From NCBI GenBank assembly GCA_963789955.1, contig CAWBMV010000012.1, forward strand, positions 224,001 through 288,000: a stretch of 64,000 nt of DNA, written 5' to 3'. Made by a program: the position numbers and the translations under genes. Shown one piece after another: positions 9,994 to 18,698 of the stretch. Within the stretch, counting starts at the first letter, position 1. Every line of letters begins with the position of its first letter. Below the pieces are notes generated by a model. The model made no database searches and was not told the origin of the DNA. It was given only the letters and a program-made list of their open reading frames with translations. Source of the DNA: an uncultured Candidatus Rokubacteria bacterium. Its GTDB lineage: Bacteria; Methylomirabilota; Methylomirabilia; Rokubacteriales; CSP1-6.

Positions 9994-10674
9994 TCAGGCG
10001 GTGAGCAGGCGGCGCTGCTCCACCGCGACACCCGGCGACACCAGGCGAATGTGCTCTTCGATCCCGCGGAGCTGACGCTCGACGACCTCCGTGGCTACCC
10101 CGGCCGGCGCATAGGCGACGTACAGCACACGGGAAGTCTGTGGGGAGACCGGTGACCGCGCGTCCTGCCCATAGATGACCGAACAGGAGATTCCGTCCGC
10201 GTCCCGCATGATCATGTCGCCCGACCGAATCGCTCTGGGTGTGCCGTTCATCTGCGTCATCTGCTCACCCTCGCGCGATGCGTCGATCACGATCGGCGCG
10301 CGCAGCTTCTCGACGTCGTGCCCCGCCGTCAGGATCAAGGTCTCGACTTCCGCCATGAAATTGGCGTCGACGGCGGGCGATACATCGGGAAGGGGCTTCG
10401 CTTTCAGGACGATCGACTCGAGCTGGAGCTGCACGTGATAGGTCTTGTTGAAGCGCTTGTAGTACCGCTCGTACTCGGCCATCACCGGAAGCGCCAGGAA
10501 GTCCTGACGGGTAAATCCTTTGTAGCGCTCTCGCAAGCCGGCTTCGATGGCGCGTTTGCGCTCGGTCAATCGGGAAGACGAGCCCGTGTTCTCCAGGCCG
10601 GAGAGCTCGAGCAGGCCGATCGTTGCACCGGGGTGTGCTGCGCGCCACTCTTCAGTCGCGGAGATCGTGAGCAT
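9994..10674 (-). CDS. Stand-alone B3/4 domain protein (PheRS beta editing-domain-like)
   Basis: Y..YYKRF.KTYHV, AVDANF, GHD, GDMIMRD..G pattern; ATGA overlap with upstream gene. Confidence 0.7.
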   Translation of the reverse strand: MLTISATEEWRAAHPGATIGLLELSGLENTGSSSRLTERKRAIEAGLRERYKGFTRQDFLALPVMAEYERYYKRFNKTYHVQLQLESIVLKAKPLPDVSPAVDANFMAEVETLILTAGHDVEKLRAPIVIDASREGEQMTQMNGTPRAIRSGDMIMRDADGISCSVIYGQDARSPVSPQTSRVLYVAYAPAGVATEVVERQLRGIEEHIRLVSPGVAVEQRRLLTA

Positions 10675-11468
10675 CAGACAACTCCCCGAACCGCCCACGC
10701 TCGAGCGGTCAGCTCGATCGGCCTGCCCGGTGTCGGCGCAAGGCGCGACTCGAGGTGTCGGCGGATTCGTTCGCGCACCTCGCCATCGACCGAGGCCAGA
10801 TAGGACGGTGCCGCGCCGGTCCTGCCGAGAAACGGCTTCCAGTAGTCGTCGAAGGTCTGGAAGACGGTTGGAATCTCGATGGCGCGAGTCTCCACGGCCT
10901 TGAGGCCACTCTTCTCGAACAATGCCTGGAGCGGACCGGGCTGACAGAGAGGGAATTGCTCGGCCTGGTCGAGCTTCGCGTCATGGGGGCTCACGGCTAT
11001 CGCCGCGTCCCAGAAGCGCCGCATCATCTGCATGCCGCCGGCGTAGTCCCAGACGTACGCGGCGACCGTTCCTCCCGGTCTGGTCACTCTCGCCATCTCT
11101 CGCACCATGCCATCGTGATCCCGCACGAAGTTGAGGACCAGGCCGGAGGCCGTGACGTCCCGGACAGCCGAATTCCAGGGCAGGTGTATCGCATCGCCGG
11201 TCTCGAAGCGAGCCCGCGGGTCGCTGATGCGTTGGCGCGCCAGGGACACGAAGCCCTCCGACGAGTCGATCCCGGAGACGGACGACGGGTCACACATCGT
11301 CAGGATGGCGGACGCCAATGCTCCCGTCCCGCAGCCGACATCCGCCCAGGCGAGGCCCGGACGAGGTGCGAGCCAGCGAAGAAACTCGGTCGCAACCGTC
11401 CGGCTCCAGCGCCCGACATACTGCTCGTAGGCGTCGCCAGAGTCCCAGACCGCCGGCGCACTACTCAA
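10674..11468 (-). CDS. Class I SAM-dependent methyltransferase
   Basis: YEQYVGRWS, DVGCGTG, RVTRPGG. Confidence 0.9.
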   Translation of the reverse strand: MSSAPAVWDSGDAYEQYVGRWSRTVATEFLRWLAPRPGLAWADVGCGTGALASAILTMCDPSSVSGIDSSEGFVSLARQRISDPRARFETGDAIHLPWNSAVRDVTASGLVLNFVRDHDGMVREMARVTRPGGTVAAYVWDYAGGMQMMRRFWDAAIAVSPHDAKLDQAEQFPLCQPGPLQALFEKSGLKAVETRAIEIPTVFQTFDDYWKPFLGRTGAAPSYLASVDGEVRERIRRHLESRLAPTPGRPIELTARAWAVRGVV

Positions 11469-11580
11469 GAGTCAGGCCGCTGTGGCAGCCCGCGACGCAT
11501 GACGGTTGGTGGCCGCGTGTGCCACGGCAATGACCACCGGGAGCAGAAGCTCGGGGATGAGATAGCCCAGGTGTGTTCTC

Positions 11581-11935
11581 CTACTTCTCTTCGATCCACT
11601 CCTTGACGCTGTGGGTAAACGAGTCGAGGGCGTCATTTCGCGCCCACGCTTCTTTCTTGGCCGCGAACGACTGCGCCGCATCGAGAGACCTACCCTCGGC
11701 TATCTGCGTATTGACCGCAAGAGTGCGCATCGCCAGGCCATAGGCATCGAGCTCCTTTGCGCACGCGGATTTCGCACCCTCCACCGTGGGAATGTAGGCA
11801 GCCTTCACATAGTCACGGCCGCAGGCGATATACGCCTCAGCGGTCCTCCACATCTCCGATGTGTCGTCCGCAACTGCTGGGGCCCGCGGCGGCGGCAACG
11901 ATCGCAATCAGCACTACGGCATAGATGGGGCGCAT
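11581..11935 (-). CDS. Hypothetical exported protein (frameshift near 11890)
   Basis: ATG 11935 gives signal-like MRPIYAVVLIAIVAAAAG, joining the ORF ..PAVADDTSEM.. that has two Cys. Confidence 0.5.
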
Positions 11936-11949
11936 ACCGCCCTCCTGCA

Positions 11950-12342
11950 TCATTCGGCGATAACAATCCGGTTGCCTTCGGGATCGGCGACCATGCTCTC
12001 GTAATATCCGTCGCCCGTCCGTCTTGGCCCATCCAGAAGCGGGAACCCGCCGCCCTGCAGTCGTTTGGTCAGGGCGTCGACGGCGGCCCGAGAACCCAGC
12101 TCTACGCCCAGGTGTGCGTAGCCGATGAGCTCGCGTGAGCTCTGTGAATCGGGGATCCTCTGGATGTCGGGCCGGTGCATCAGCTCCAACCGCCCGCCTC
12201 CGGGAAATGTCAGGAAATACGAAGTGAACCTCTTCCGTTCATTTTCATATTTCGGGTTCGACTGCGCGTCGAAGTACTTCTCGTAGAAGGTGCGCATCAG
12301 TTCGAGATCCACAGTCCAGATTGCGACATGGTCAAGCTTCAT
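11950..12342 (-). CDS. VOC/glyoxalase family protein
   Basis: MKLDHVAIW, GYAHL, PRRTGDGYYES..DPEGN. Confidence 0.9.
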   Translation of the reverse strand: MKLDHVAIWTVDLELMRTFYEKYFDAQSNPKYENERKRFTSYFLTFPGGGRLELMHRPDIQRIPDSQSSRELIGYAHLGVELGSRAAVDALTKRLQGGGFPLLDGPRRTGDGYYESMVADPEGNRIVIAE

Positions 12343-12361
12343 ACGGCTGTTGGCGACTCCC

Positions 12362-12985
12362 TCATCCGCCGTCACTTGGCTTGCCCAAAGTGCCGAGCCA
12401 TTTCGGCCGCAAGTGCGGCGGTGTGTCGTCAACCGGTTGGGCGACGCGTCCTTGCAGGAACCGTTCGAGTGCTTGTGGCAGCACGCCCGCAATGAACGCA
12501 GCGAGCTCTCGTACGTCCCGAAGGCCGTGATATCCGAGGGAGATCATGTGCCCTTCGCGGTACTGCGGCGCCGGGTCGTACAGCGCGCGCAGACTGTGGC
12601 CGAGCAGAGAGTCCTGCGCGATGTCCTTCTTCAAGTACGAGGGCAACGGCGGCCGCCGTCGGTTAATCGCTCCCTGGATTCGCCCGAGCTCATCGAGCTC
12701 GACCTGAACGAGGCAACGCGCGAAATCCGACTGGCGCAGGATCGTGGACCCCTTGCTACCCACGGGCTCAAGTTGAATGAGGCCGTGGTACGAATTGCCG
12801 GTGTCGGGACTCGCAAAGCTGGAGCCCTCGAACTTGAACAGCAGCTGTTGCTGAGCTTCCACGGGCTTCTGCCACCCCGCCTGGGTTCCCGTCCAGCGTG
12901 CATAGCCGTTTGTCTTGGCCCAGGGGCCGATCGCGGAGCGTAGCTCTCGATACGCGATCTTTGCGGGGGTGTACGCCTCCGTCAT
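12362..12985 (-). CDS. Hypothetical protein
   Basis: 207-aa ORF with protein-like composition, co-oriented with neighbours; no motif recognised. Confidence 0.6.
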   Translation of the reverse strand: MTEAYTPAKIAYRELRSAIGPWAKTNGYARWTGTQAGWQKPVEAQQQLLFKFEGSSFASPDTGNSYHGLIQLEPVGSKGSTILRQSDFARCLVQVELDELGRIQGAINRRRPPLPSYLKKDIAQDSLLGHSLRALYDPAPQYREGHMISLGYHGLRDVRELAAFIAGVLPQALERFLQGRVAQPVDDTPPHLRPKWLGTLGKPSDGG

Positions 12986-13073
12986 TCGCCAGTACGCCTC
13001 ATGGAAGTCGCCCTTTCACCGAATGCTTCAAGGAGCGCCGATGAAACGGATGTTCTGCTGTGGCCGACGACTC

Positions 13074-13907
13074 TCATTCCGGCTTTCGGCCCCAGACGAA
13101 GATATGCAGACGGCCGGCGACGATAGGTCCTTGAGCCCCCTGATCGTGGAACGCATGCAGCCAGGCGCGGCCCTCGGACTCGGTAACTACGCCGGCCTTG
13201 ACGGCCGCCTCGGCGCAGCGGTCGGCCATGCTGGCATAGAAACTCTGCAGATGGGTCTCGAGCGGAAAGAAGCCGCGCGCGCGGACGTCTATGAGGCCGG
13301 CTCGCTGGAAGAGCAACGGCAACTGGCGGACTAGCCAGCCGTTGACCGCTGTCGCATCCGAAGCCGCAGCGACAATGCGCCGGGTGAGGCTGCGATCGGG
13401 ATGCGTGAACGCGGTCATATCTGTGTCGAGGTCGAAGACCCCGAGACGTCCTCCTGAGCGCAGGACGCGAACCAGCTCGGGGATGGCAGCCTCCCCCTTC
13501 GGAACGTGGGACAGCACGGTCACACACACCGCGGCATCAAATGACCGGTCGGGGAAAGGCAATCGAAGCGCATCGCCTTCGTGAAACTCCACGTGACCAC
13601 CCAGGCCGGTCCCTTGAGCGAGTCCGCGCGCCACGGCCAACAGCGCGGGGCTCGGGTCGAGCCCGACCGCCAGGCCGGTACTGCCGACGCGTCTGGCGAT
13701 GTCTCTGGTGACGGCGCCGCTGCCGCAACCGACGTCGAGGACACGTTCTCCAGCGGAGATGTTGAGTAGGCCAAGATAGGTGTCGCGCGCAGCGACCTCG
13801 TCTTCCGCCTTGGCCCGCTGTTCGAGACGGGCTGCCAGGTCACGCGCCCGTTCGGTGCCCGCCGTCGCTGTATCGCGCCACAAACTCTGTTGTCCGTATT
13901 CGCTCAC
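13074..13907 (-). CDS. SAM-dependent methyltransferase (UbiE-like), begins just after an attC core
   Basis: VLDVGCGSG, GDALRLPFPDRSFD, RVLRSGG. Confidence 0.9.
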   Translation of the reverse strand: MSEYGQQSLWRDTATAGTERARDLAARLEQRAKAEDEVAARDTYLGLLNISAGERVLDVGCGSGAVTRDIARRVGSTGLAVGLDPSPALLAVARGLAQGTGLGGHVEFHEGDALRLPFPDRSFDAAVCVTVLSHVPKGEAAIPELVRVLRSGGRLGVFDLDTDMTAFTHPDRSLTRRIVAAASDATAVNGWLVRQLPLLFQRAGLIDVRARGFFPLETHLQSFYASMADRCAEAAVKAGVVTESEGRAWLHAFHDQGAQGPIVAGRLHIFVWGRKPE

Positions 13908-13932
13908 GTCCTGAACGCTCCCACCTCAGTAC

Positions 13933-13965
13933 GGATAACGGTTGAGCTTCAGCGATTTGTTAGAC
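13933..13965 (-). mobile_element. Internally deleted attC site
   Basis: Minus strand GTCTAAC-aaatcgctgaagctcaacc-GTTATCC; only 33 bp. Confidence 0.65.
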
Positions 13966-14031
13966 GCCCTCAAACGGCAACTAGCCACTGCGAGTACGCA
14001 CCCCTATCAGGTCTGTACCTGTCACATGTGC

Positions 14032-14484
14032 TCATCGGGAAGTCTGCTGCCCGAGCTCTTGGGCAAGCCCGATGAGAATTCCTTCGGGGCCCCGGATGTA
14101 GCAGAGCCGATACGTGTCTTCGTACTGGACCACTTCGCCGACGAGCTCCGCGCCGCGTTTGCCGAGCCGGGCGAGCGTATCGTCGATGTCCTCCACGGTG
14201 AACATGACGCGTAGGTAACCGAGAGCGTTCACCGGGGCGCTGCGGTGATCGGCGACCACAGGCGGCGCGAGGAATCGGGACATCTCGAGCCGGCTGTGAC
14301 CGTCCGGCGTACGCATCATGGCAATCTCGACGCGCATGTCGCGCAATCCAGTGACGCCATCTGCCCAGTCTCCTTCGATTGGGGCGCGCCCCTCGAGCTC
14401 GAGGCCAAGTTCGGTGAAGAACTCAATGGCGGCGTCGATGTCTTCTACCACGATGCCGACGTTGTCCATACGCTTGACCGTCAT
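14032..14484 (-). CDS. VOC family protein (gene cassette)
   Basis: MDNVGIVV..FFTELG, YIRGPEGI; cassette starts GTTAGACGCC and ends GGCGTCTAAC. Confidence 0.9.
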   Translation of the reverse strand: MTVKRMDNVGIVVEDIDAAIEFFTELGLELEGRAPIEGDWADGVTGLRDMRVEIAMMRTPDGHSRLEMSRFLAPPVVADHRSAPVNALGYLRVMFTVEDIDDTLARLGKRGAELVGEVVQYEDTYRLCYIRGPEGILIGLAQELGQQTSR

Positions 14485-14498
14485 GATGTCTCCTTGGC

Positions 14499-14576
14499 GT
14501 CTAACGTCTGAGCTCACCCGCGCGCGGTGGCCGGCGAAGCCGGCTGTAGAGCGTCGGGTGCAGCGACGGGTTAGGC
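14499..14576 (-). mobile_element. attC site (78 bp)
   Basis: Minus strand GCCTAAC...imperfect palindrome...GTTAGAC (RYYYAAC/GTTRRRY); upstream gene's TAA lies in the inverse core. Confidence 0.9.
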
Positions 14577-15107
14577 GTCGCCATGCGCGAGTGCTCGAAG
14601 AACAAACTGCGCGCGTTCGGCAACTGGCAAGCGAGGTACCTCGCACAGGGTATAGCCGCACGAACGGTACCACCGCACAAGCTGGTTGTGAACATGCTCG
14701 ACCCAGGAGAAAGAGTGGTCACGCTCGGCATCGGTTGTATAGATGCCCGACCATGGGGGAAGGATGAACACGGATGAGTGGAATGGATACGCCCGAAGGG
14801 CAGCGTCGAGCTCGGACGCAGACAGCGGCGTAACCTCGTGAAGCATGCCCAGTGCCTCAACGACTCCACGATCAAAGAAAACCCAGCCAGAGTCGCTTGG
14901 ATGAGCGTGGTGCTTCTCGGTGTCGCGACGAAGAATCTCCTGGGCGAACGCAGCTGGCTCCGGACGAGGGCTTTGGCCTTGAGCGCGGCGTTCCGAAATG
15001 ATTGCTCGGGCGGACTCCGCAACGGTTGCGTAACCCCTCTCGGCGAGTTCGGCAAGCAGCGTTGTTTTGCCGACGCCGGGCCCACCGGTAATGACAACGC
15101 GCGGCAT
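14571..15107 (-). CDS. AAA_28-like P-loop ATPase/kinase (gene cassette)
   Basis: ITGGPGVGKTT Walker A, FFDRG, FILPPW..IY..D.ER. Confidence 0.85.
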   Translation of the reverse strand: MPRVVITGGPGVGKTTLLAELAERGYATVAESARAIISERRAQGQSPRPEPAAFAQEILRRDTEKHHAHPSDSGWVFFDRGVVEALGMLHEVTPLSASELDAALRAYPFHSSVFILPPWSGIYTTDAERDHSFSWVEHVHNQLVRWYRSCGYTLCEVPRLPVAERAQFVLRALAHGDA

Positions 15108-15122
15108 AAGTGTGGCGGCGAC

Positions 15123-15179
15123 GCCTAACGCCGCGGTGAGCGGCGCGCGAAGCGCGTCCGCTCCACTGCGAAGTTATGC
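15123..15179 (-). mobile_element. attC site (57 bp)
   Basis: Minus strand GCATAAC-ttcgcagtggagcggacgcgcttcgcgcgccgctcaccgcggc-GTTAGGC; upstream gene's TAA lies in the inverse core. Confidence 0.88.
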
Positions 15180-15584
15180 GGACCAGCGTGCATGCTGGAG
15201 GACTACCCGATATCCATCCGGGTCCGCGAACGTTTGGCCCTGCTTATCCCAGTATGGGTTGAACGCCTTAACCGGTTGGTGGCCGAGCTCTTTCAGCCGC
15301 GTCACGGCGCTGTACCAGTCGTCGGCATCCGGGAGATAGAAGACGAGCAAGTCGTCGTGAGTCGGCGCGGGCGCCATCTGGTGGCCCGCCTTGTGAACAA
15401 ACGCCAGATGATACGCTGTGCCGTTTCGGCCGAGCATCACCGCGTCAAACCCGTCGTGATCTTTGAACTCGCACAACACCTCGAACCCGAGGCCGTCCCG
15501 GTAGAACTTGACCGCCGCGGCCAAGTCAGCGGATAGACGAGCGATGCGCAGGTGAGCCTTGGCTAGATCTGGGGGCTTCGCCAT
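15174..15584 (-). CDS. VOC family protein, YycE-like (gene cassette)
   Basis: LRIAR..FYRDGLG, LLVFYLPD, NPYWD..G.TF.DPDGYRVVL. Confidence 0.88.
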   Translation of the reverse strand: MAKPPDLAKAHLRIARLSADLAAAVKFYRDGLGFEVLCEFKDHDGFDAVMLGRNGTAYHLAFVHKAGHQMAPAPTHDDLLVFYLPDADDWYSAVTRLKELGHQPVKAFNPYWDKQGQTFADPDGYRVVLQHARWSA

Positions 15585-15631
15585 CGCCTTGTTCCCTCCG
15601 CGCGGAGCGTCCATCCGTTAACCGACGTTTG

Positions 15632-15702
15632 AAGCGACGTCGCGGTGAGCGGCCGCGGCGAGCGAAGGCGAGCCAGTGGTCCGCTCCAGCGCGGAGTTCG
15701 AC
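15632..15702 (-). mobile_element. attC site with degenerate right core
   Basis: Minus strand GTCGAAC-tccgcgctggagcggacc...ggccgctcaccgcgac-GTCGCTT; inner boxes resemble those of 15123-15179. Confidence 0.7.
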
Positions 15703-15712
15703 ACCCGTCTCG

Positions 15713-16687
15713 TCATTCGACGACGCGATCCGCCCGCAGGATCAGCGATGGCAGGATCGTGAGTCCAATCGTCCTCGCAGTCTTCAGGTTGACAATCATC
15801 TCGAATCGCATAGGCCGCTGCACCGGCAGATCCCCGGGCTTCGCGCCCTTGAGGATCTTGTCCACATAGGTAGCGGTTTGTCGAAATAGATCGTAGATAC
15901 TCGGGCCGTAGCTCATCAAAAGACCAGCCTCGGTATAGTGGGAGAAGATGCTGGTCGCCGGTAGCCGATGCTTTGCGGCGAGGTCACCGAGCAGTTTTCG
16001 ATGACCGGCCAACAGAGGGGATGGGATAACCAGGAGGCCTCCGTTGCGGCCCGTGACGGCTGCTCTGAACGCGCCTTCAAAGTCGCTCGGCCCGCGGGCC
16101 TCCACAATTTGAAGCTGCAGGCCTAACGAGCGAGCGGCGACCTCAACCGCGCGGAGCGGTGCCGGGTCCTGGTGAGGATCCCGCAGAACGGCCACTCGGA
16201 CGATTCCCGGGATCGCTTCCTTGAGCAGCTGGAGCTGCTTGCCAGACAACTCCGCGAGATCGAGGAAGACGCCCGTGACGTTTCCACCGGGTCGGGCGAG
16301 GCTGGCGACGAAGCCGCTGGCAACAGGGTCCGACTCGACGTCGAGTCCAACGATGGGGATCGTCGTCGTGGCATTCGTGGCCGCCCTGACGGCTGAGGAA
16401 CTTATCGCAACGATCACATCGACCTTGAGACGAGCCGCCTCCGCGGCATACTCGCGGAGCCGAGCCTCGCTGCCGGCCGCGAATCGGTTCTCGATGAGGA
16501 TGTTCTCGCCCTGAACGTAGCCTAGTTCGCGAAGGGCTTCCCGGAAGACCCGTTGCTGCTCTTGAGGGGCCGGGGTGGGGTTTAGCTCGATGATTCTGAA
16601 GATTTTCGTCTGTTGCTGCGGTTGCGCGACGAGTGGCGTCACGAAAACGATGAGCGCAAAGGCAATAGTACCGAGGTGAGTCTTCAC
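15713..16687 (-). CDS. ABC transporter substrate-binding protein (ABC_sub_bind/TrpX-like), orphan, inside a cassette
   Basis: LRELGYVQGENI, DPVASGFVASLARPGGNVTG, GLLMSYG, KILKGAKPGDLPV, RADRVVE. Confidence 0.9.
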   Translation of the reverse strand: MKTHLGTIAFALIVFVTPLVAQPQQQTKIFRIIELNPTPAPQEQQRVFREALRELGYVQGENILIENRFAAGSEARLREYAAEAARLKVDVIVAISSSAVRAATNATTTIPIVGLDVESDPVASGFVASLARPGGNVTGVFLDLAELSGKQLQLLKEAIPGIVRVAVLRDPHQDPAPLRAVEVAARSLGLQLQIVEARGPSDFEGAFRAAVTGRNGGLLVIPSPLLAGHRKLLGDLAAKHRLPATSIFSHYTEAGLLMSYGPSIYDLFRQTATYVDKILKGAKPGDLPVQRPMRFEMIVNLKTARTIGLTILPSLILRADRVVE

Positions 16688-16775
16688 AGCAGGTCTCGCC
16701 TCTTAACCGTCTGGCGACATTGTTGACGAAGCCGACCCACGCTATTCCCCTGAGCCTTGATCCGCCCGCTTGTGT

Positions 16776-16850
16776 GTCGAACGGATCATGCGCTCAGCCG
16801 CGGCGCCGGAAGCCGTTGCGTCGCCGTGACCGGTGATCGCCGTGGCTTAA
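16776..16850 (-). mobile_element. Degenerate attC site
   Basis: Right half cggctgagcgcatgatcc-GTTCGAC retained; left inverse core not recognisable. Confidence 0.55.
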
Positions 16851-16868
16851 GCGGCCTGTAATGCGGCC

Positions 16869-17131
16869 TCATAGTGTCTCCTGCGGGTCGAGAATGCTAG
16901 CCAGCCACGGCACCGCCTTGCCAGCGGCCACACGCGCAGCGTTGAGGGTTGGGGATTCGTGACGCGAGTGATAGCTGACGGGTGTCCACACTCCCATGTC
17001 CTCTGGGTCCCGCCGGAATTCCTCAAAATCAACGTCCCCGCCGGCCTGGAGAAGATGTCGACGCAGCGCTCTGCCTCGGTTGTCTGGTAGCTCGCAAGCA
17101 CTATCCATGACTTGTCCAGGCGCGACGACAT
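16869..17131 (-). CDS. Small hypothetical protein (cassette; frameshift near 17040)
   Basis: MSSRLDKSW..RCVDIFSRPAG joins ..DFEEFRRDPEDMG.W in another frame. Confidence 0.65.
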
Positions 17132-17151
17132 GCTGCCGCGGGCCTCAGTCC

Positions 17152-17216
17152 GTATAACGATGCCAGTCAGCCGCGCGGCCCCTCGGGCCGCGCCGGCTGG
17201 ACTGGCTTTGTTAGAC
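17152..17216 (-). mobile_element. attC site (65 bp)
   Basis: Minus strand GTCTAAC-aaagccagtccagccggcgcggcccgaggggccgcgcggctgactggcatc-GTTATAC. Confidence 0.88.
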
Positions 17217-17460
17217 GGCGACGTGAGAGTCCAAACACGCCATACTCCAAAAGCAGCGCGAGGCCAAGGATAGGCAGCCAGAGTGTTGCAACCAAGTAAG
17301 CGGATGCAAAGATCTGGAAGTCAAAGCGCCGAATGTATTCCTCCGTCGCCGGCGGCCCCGAGACAGCCAGCCACACACGCGTACCCTCAAACATCAGAAT
17401 CGCCGCCAACCACACGAAGATCGTGGTCACAACGACTCGGCGCCGTAGCCGTGGGTTCAA
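17167..17460 (-). CDS. Small two-TM membrane protein (first cassette)
   Basis: Two hydrophobic stretches; ORF terminates inside the attC. Confidence 0.6.
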   Translation of the reverse strand: MNPRLRRRVVVTTIFVWLAAILMFEGTRVWLAVSGPPATEEYIRRFDFQIFASAYLVATLWLPILGLALLLEYGVFGLSRRRLTKPVQPARPEGPRG

Positions 17461-17469
17461 TATGAAGCC

Positions 17470-17547
17470 CGTCTAATTTCTAATTCCACAGAACTGCATA
17501 TCCCGGCCTTGCAGCATATCTCGCAGCATATCGCGGGGGCGGATATC
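17470..17547 (-). mobile_element. attI-like site
   Basis: Minus strand ..gaattagaaA^TTAGACGG; non-palindromic, AT-rich, with direct repeats GCAGCATATC (17511, 17523) and GCATATC (17496). Confidence 0.6.
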
Positions 17548-17570
17548 GGGCGAAGGACGAATCACGTCAA
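17542..17570 (-). promoter_or_regulatory. Possible cassette promoter (Pc-like)
   Basis: TTGACG-17 nt-GATATC pointing into the array; -10 element is weak. Confidence 0.3.
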
Positions 17571-17713
17571 CTCCGACGCGGAGTTACCGTGTCCCATGGT
17601 GCCATCGCGGCGGGATACCCAGACCGGGGCTATTCGCTCACGGCCGCTTAGCGGCCGTGCTGGTCAGGTGATCGGACGAATCAGAGCGGCGCGCGGCGCC
17701 CTTCTACGGCCGC

Positions 17714-18685
17714 CTACGCCGATACGTCCGATTCGGAGCGTTCCAACACGGCGCGGTAGCGGTCCGGATCCTGGTCGAACATCTCTTTGCAATGGCGACA
17801 GCAGAAATAGACGGTCCGGCCTGAAAACTCCGAGCGGAATTTCGCGGTGACGCTGTCGACCGTCATGCCACAGATCGGGTCCTTCGACTCGATCCTGACT
17901 GCCGGTATCGCGTGCACCTCAGGCTCAGCAGTGCGGGTCTTGTCGCTCCGGCGATGCTGGATGATCTCGGCCAGAATGCTCACCGCGATCTCTTCGGGCG
18001 TCACTGCGCCGATGTCGAGTCCCGCCGGCGCCTTCAGCCGGCTCCGTCGCTCGGGTGGCAAGCCGCGGCGCTCGAGACTCTCGAGGATCACGCCGGCCCT
18101 TCGGCGGCTCGCGACCAGACTGACATAGCCCGCGTCGGTCCGGAGCACTCGGTCCAGCACTTCCTCGTCGGACTCCGCGTGTGTGGCCACGATGACCGAC
18201 GAGCGCTCAGTGAGGCGCTGCTCCTCGAGACCCGCCTGCAAGGCGTCGGCGACGAGCGTGACGACCTGAAAGTCTGCGGCACGCCCGAGCGTGGCTAACG
18301 TCTCGACGACCGGCCCGTGGCCGACGAGCACGAGCTGAGGCTTGGGGAGGTAGGGCTCCACGTAGATCTCCAGCGTGCCACCGCTGTGGCACGTCATTCC
18401 ATACTCCAGCATCCCTTCGGTCCGGCCTGGAATGCGCCCGCCCTCGCCGTAGAGGCCGATGAGTCGCGGCCGGCCGTCGCGGATCGCCTCGAGCGCCTCG
18501 CGCGCGACGACCGGCTCGGCGCAGGCGCCGCCGACCCAGCCTTGGACTCGGCCGTCCTCGCGAATCAGTGCTTTCGCGCCGGGCTTGGCCGAGGTCGGCG
18601 CCTCGCAGCGCACGACCGTGGCCAGCGCGAACGCCTCGCCGCTGCGCTGGAGCTCGGCGGCCAGCGCGATCAGCTCGTCAGCCAC
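17714..18685 (-). CDS. XdhC/CoxF-CoxI family maturation factor with C-terminal YHS domain
   Basis: SAKPGAK, GWVGGAC, CHSGG, PAGLDIGAVTPEEIA; DPICGM..YFCC. Confidence 0.88.
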   Translation of the reverse strand: MADELIALAAELQRSGEAFALATVVRCEAPTSAKPGAKALIREDGRVQGWVGGACAEPVVAREALEAIRDGRPRLIGLYGEGGRIPGRTEGMLEYGMTCHSGGTLEIYVEPYLPKPQLVLVGHGPVVETLATLGRAADFQVVTLVADALQAGLEEQRLTERSSVIVATHAESDEEVLDRVLRTDAGYVSLVASRRRAGVILESLERRGLPPERRSRLKAPAGLDIGAVTPEEIAVSILAEIIQHRRSDKTRTAEPEVHAIPAVRIESKDPICGMTVDSVTAKFRSEFSGRTVYFCCRHCKEMFDQDPDRYRAVLERSESDVSA

Positions 18686-18698
18686 GTCCGCGCGTCCT

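Noticed and set aside
17509..17850. Intact integron integrase
   Set aside because: Too short and lacks tyrosine-recombinase catalytic motifs; at most a scar
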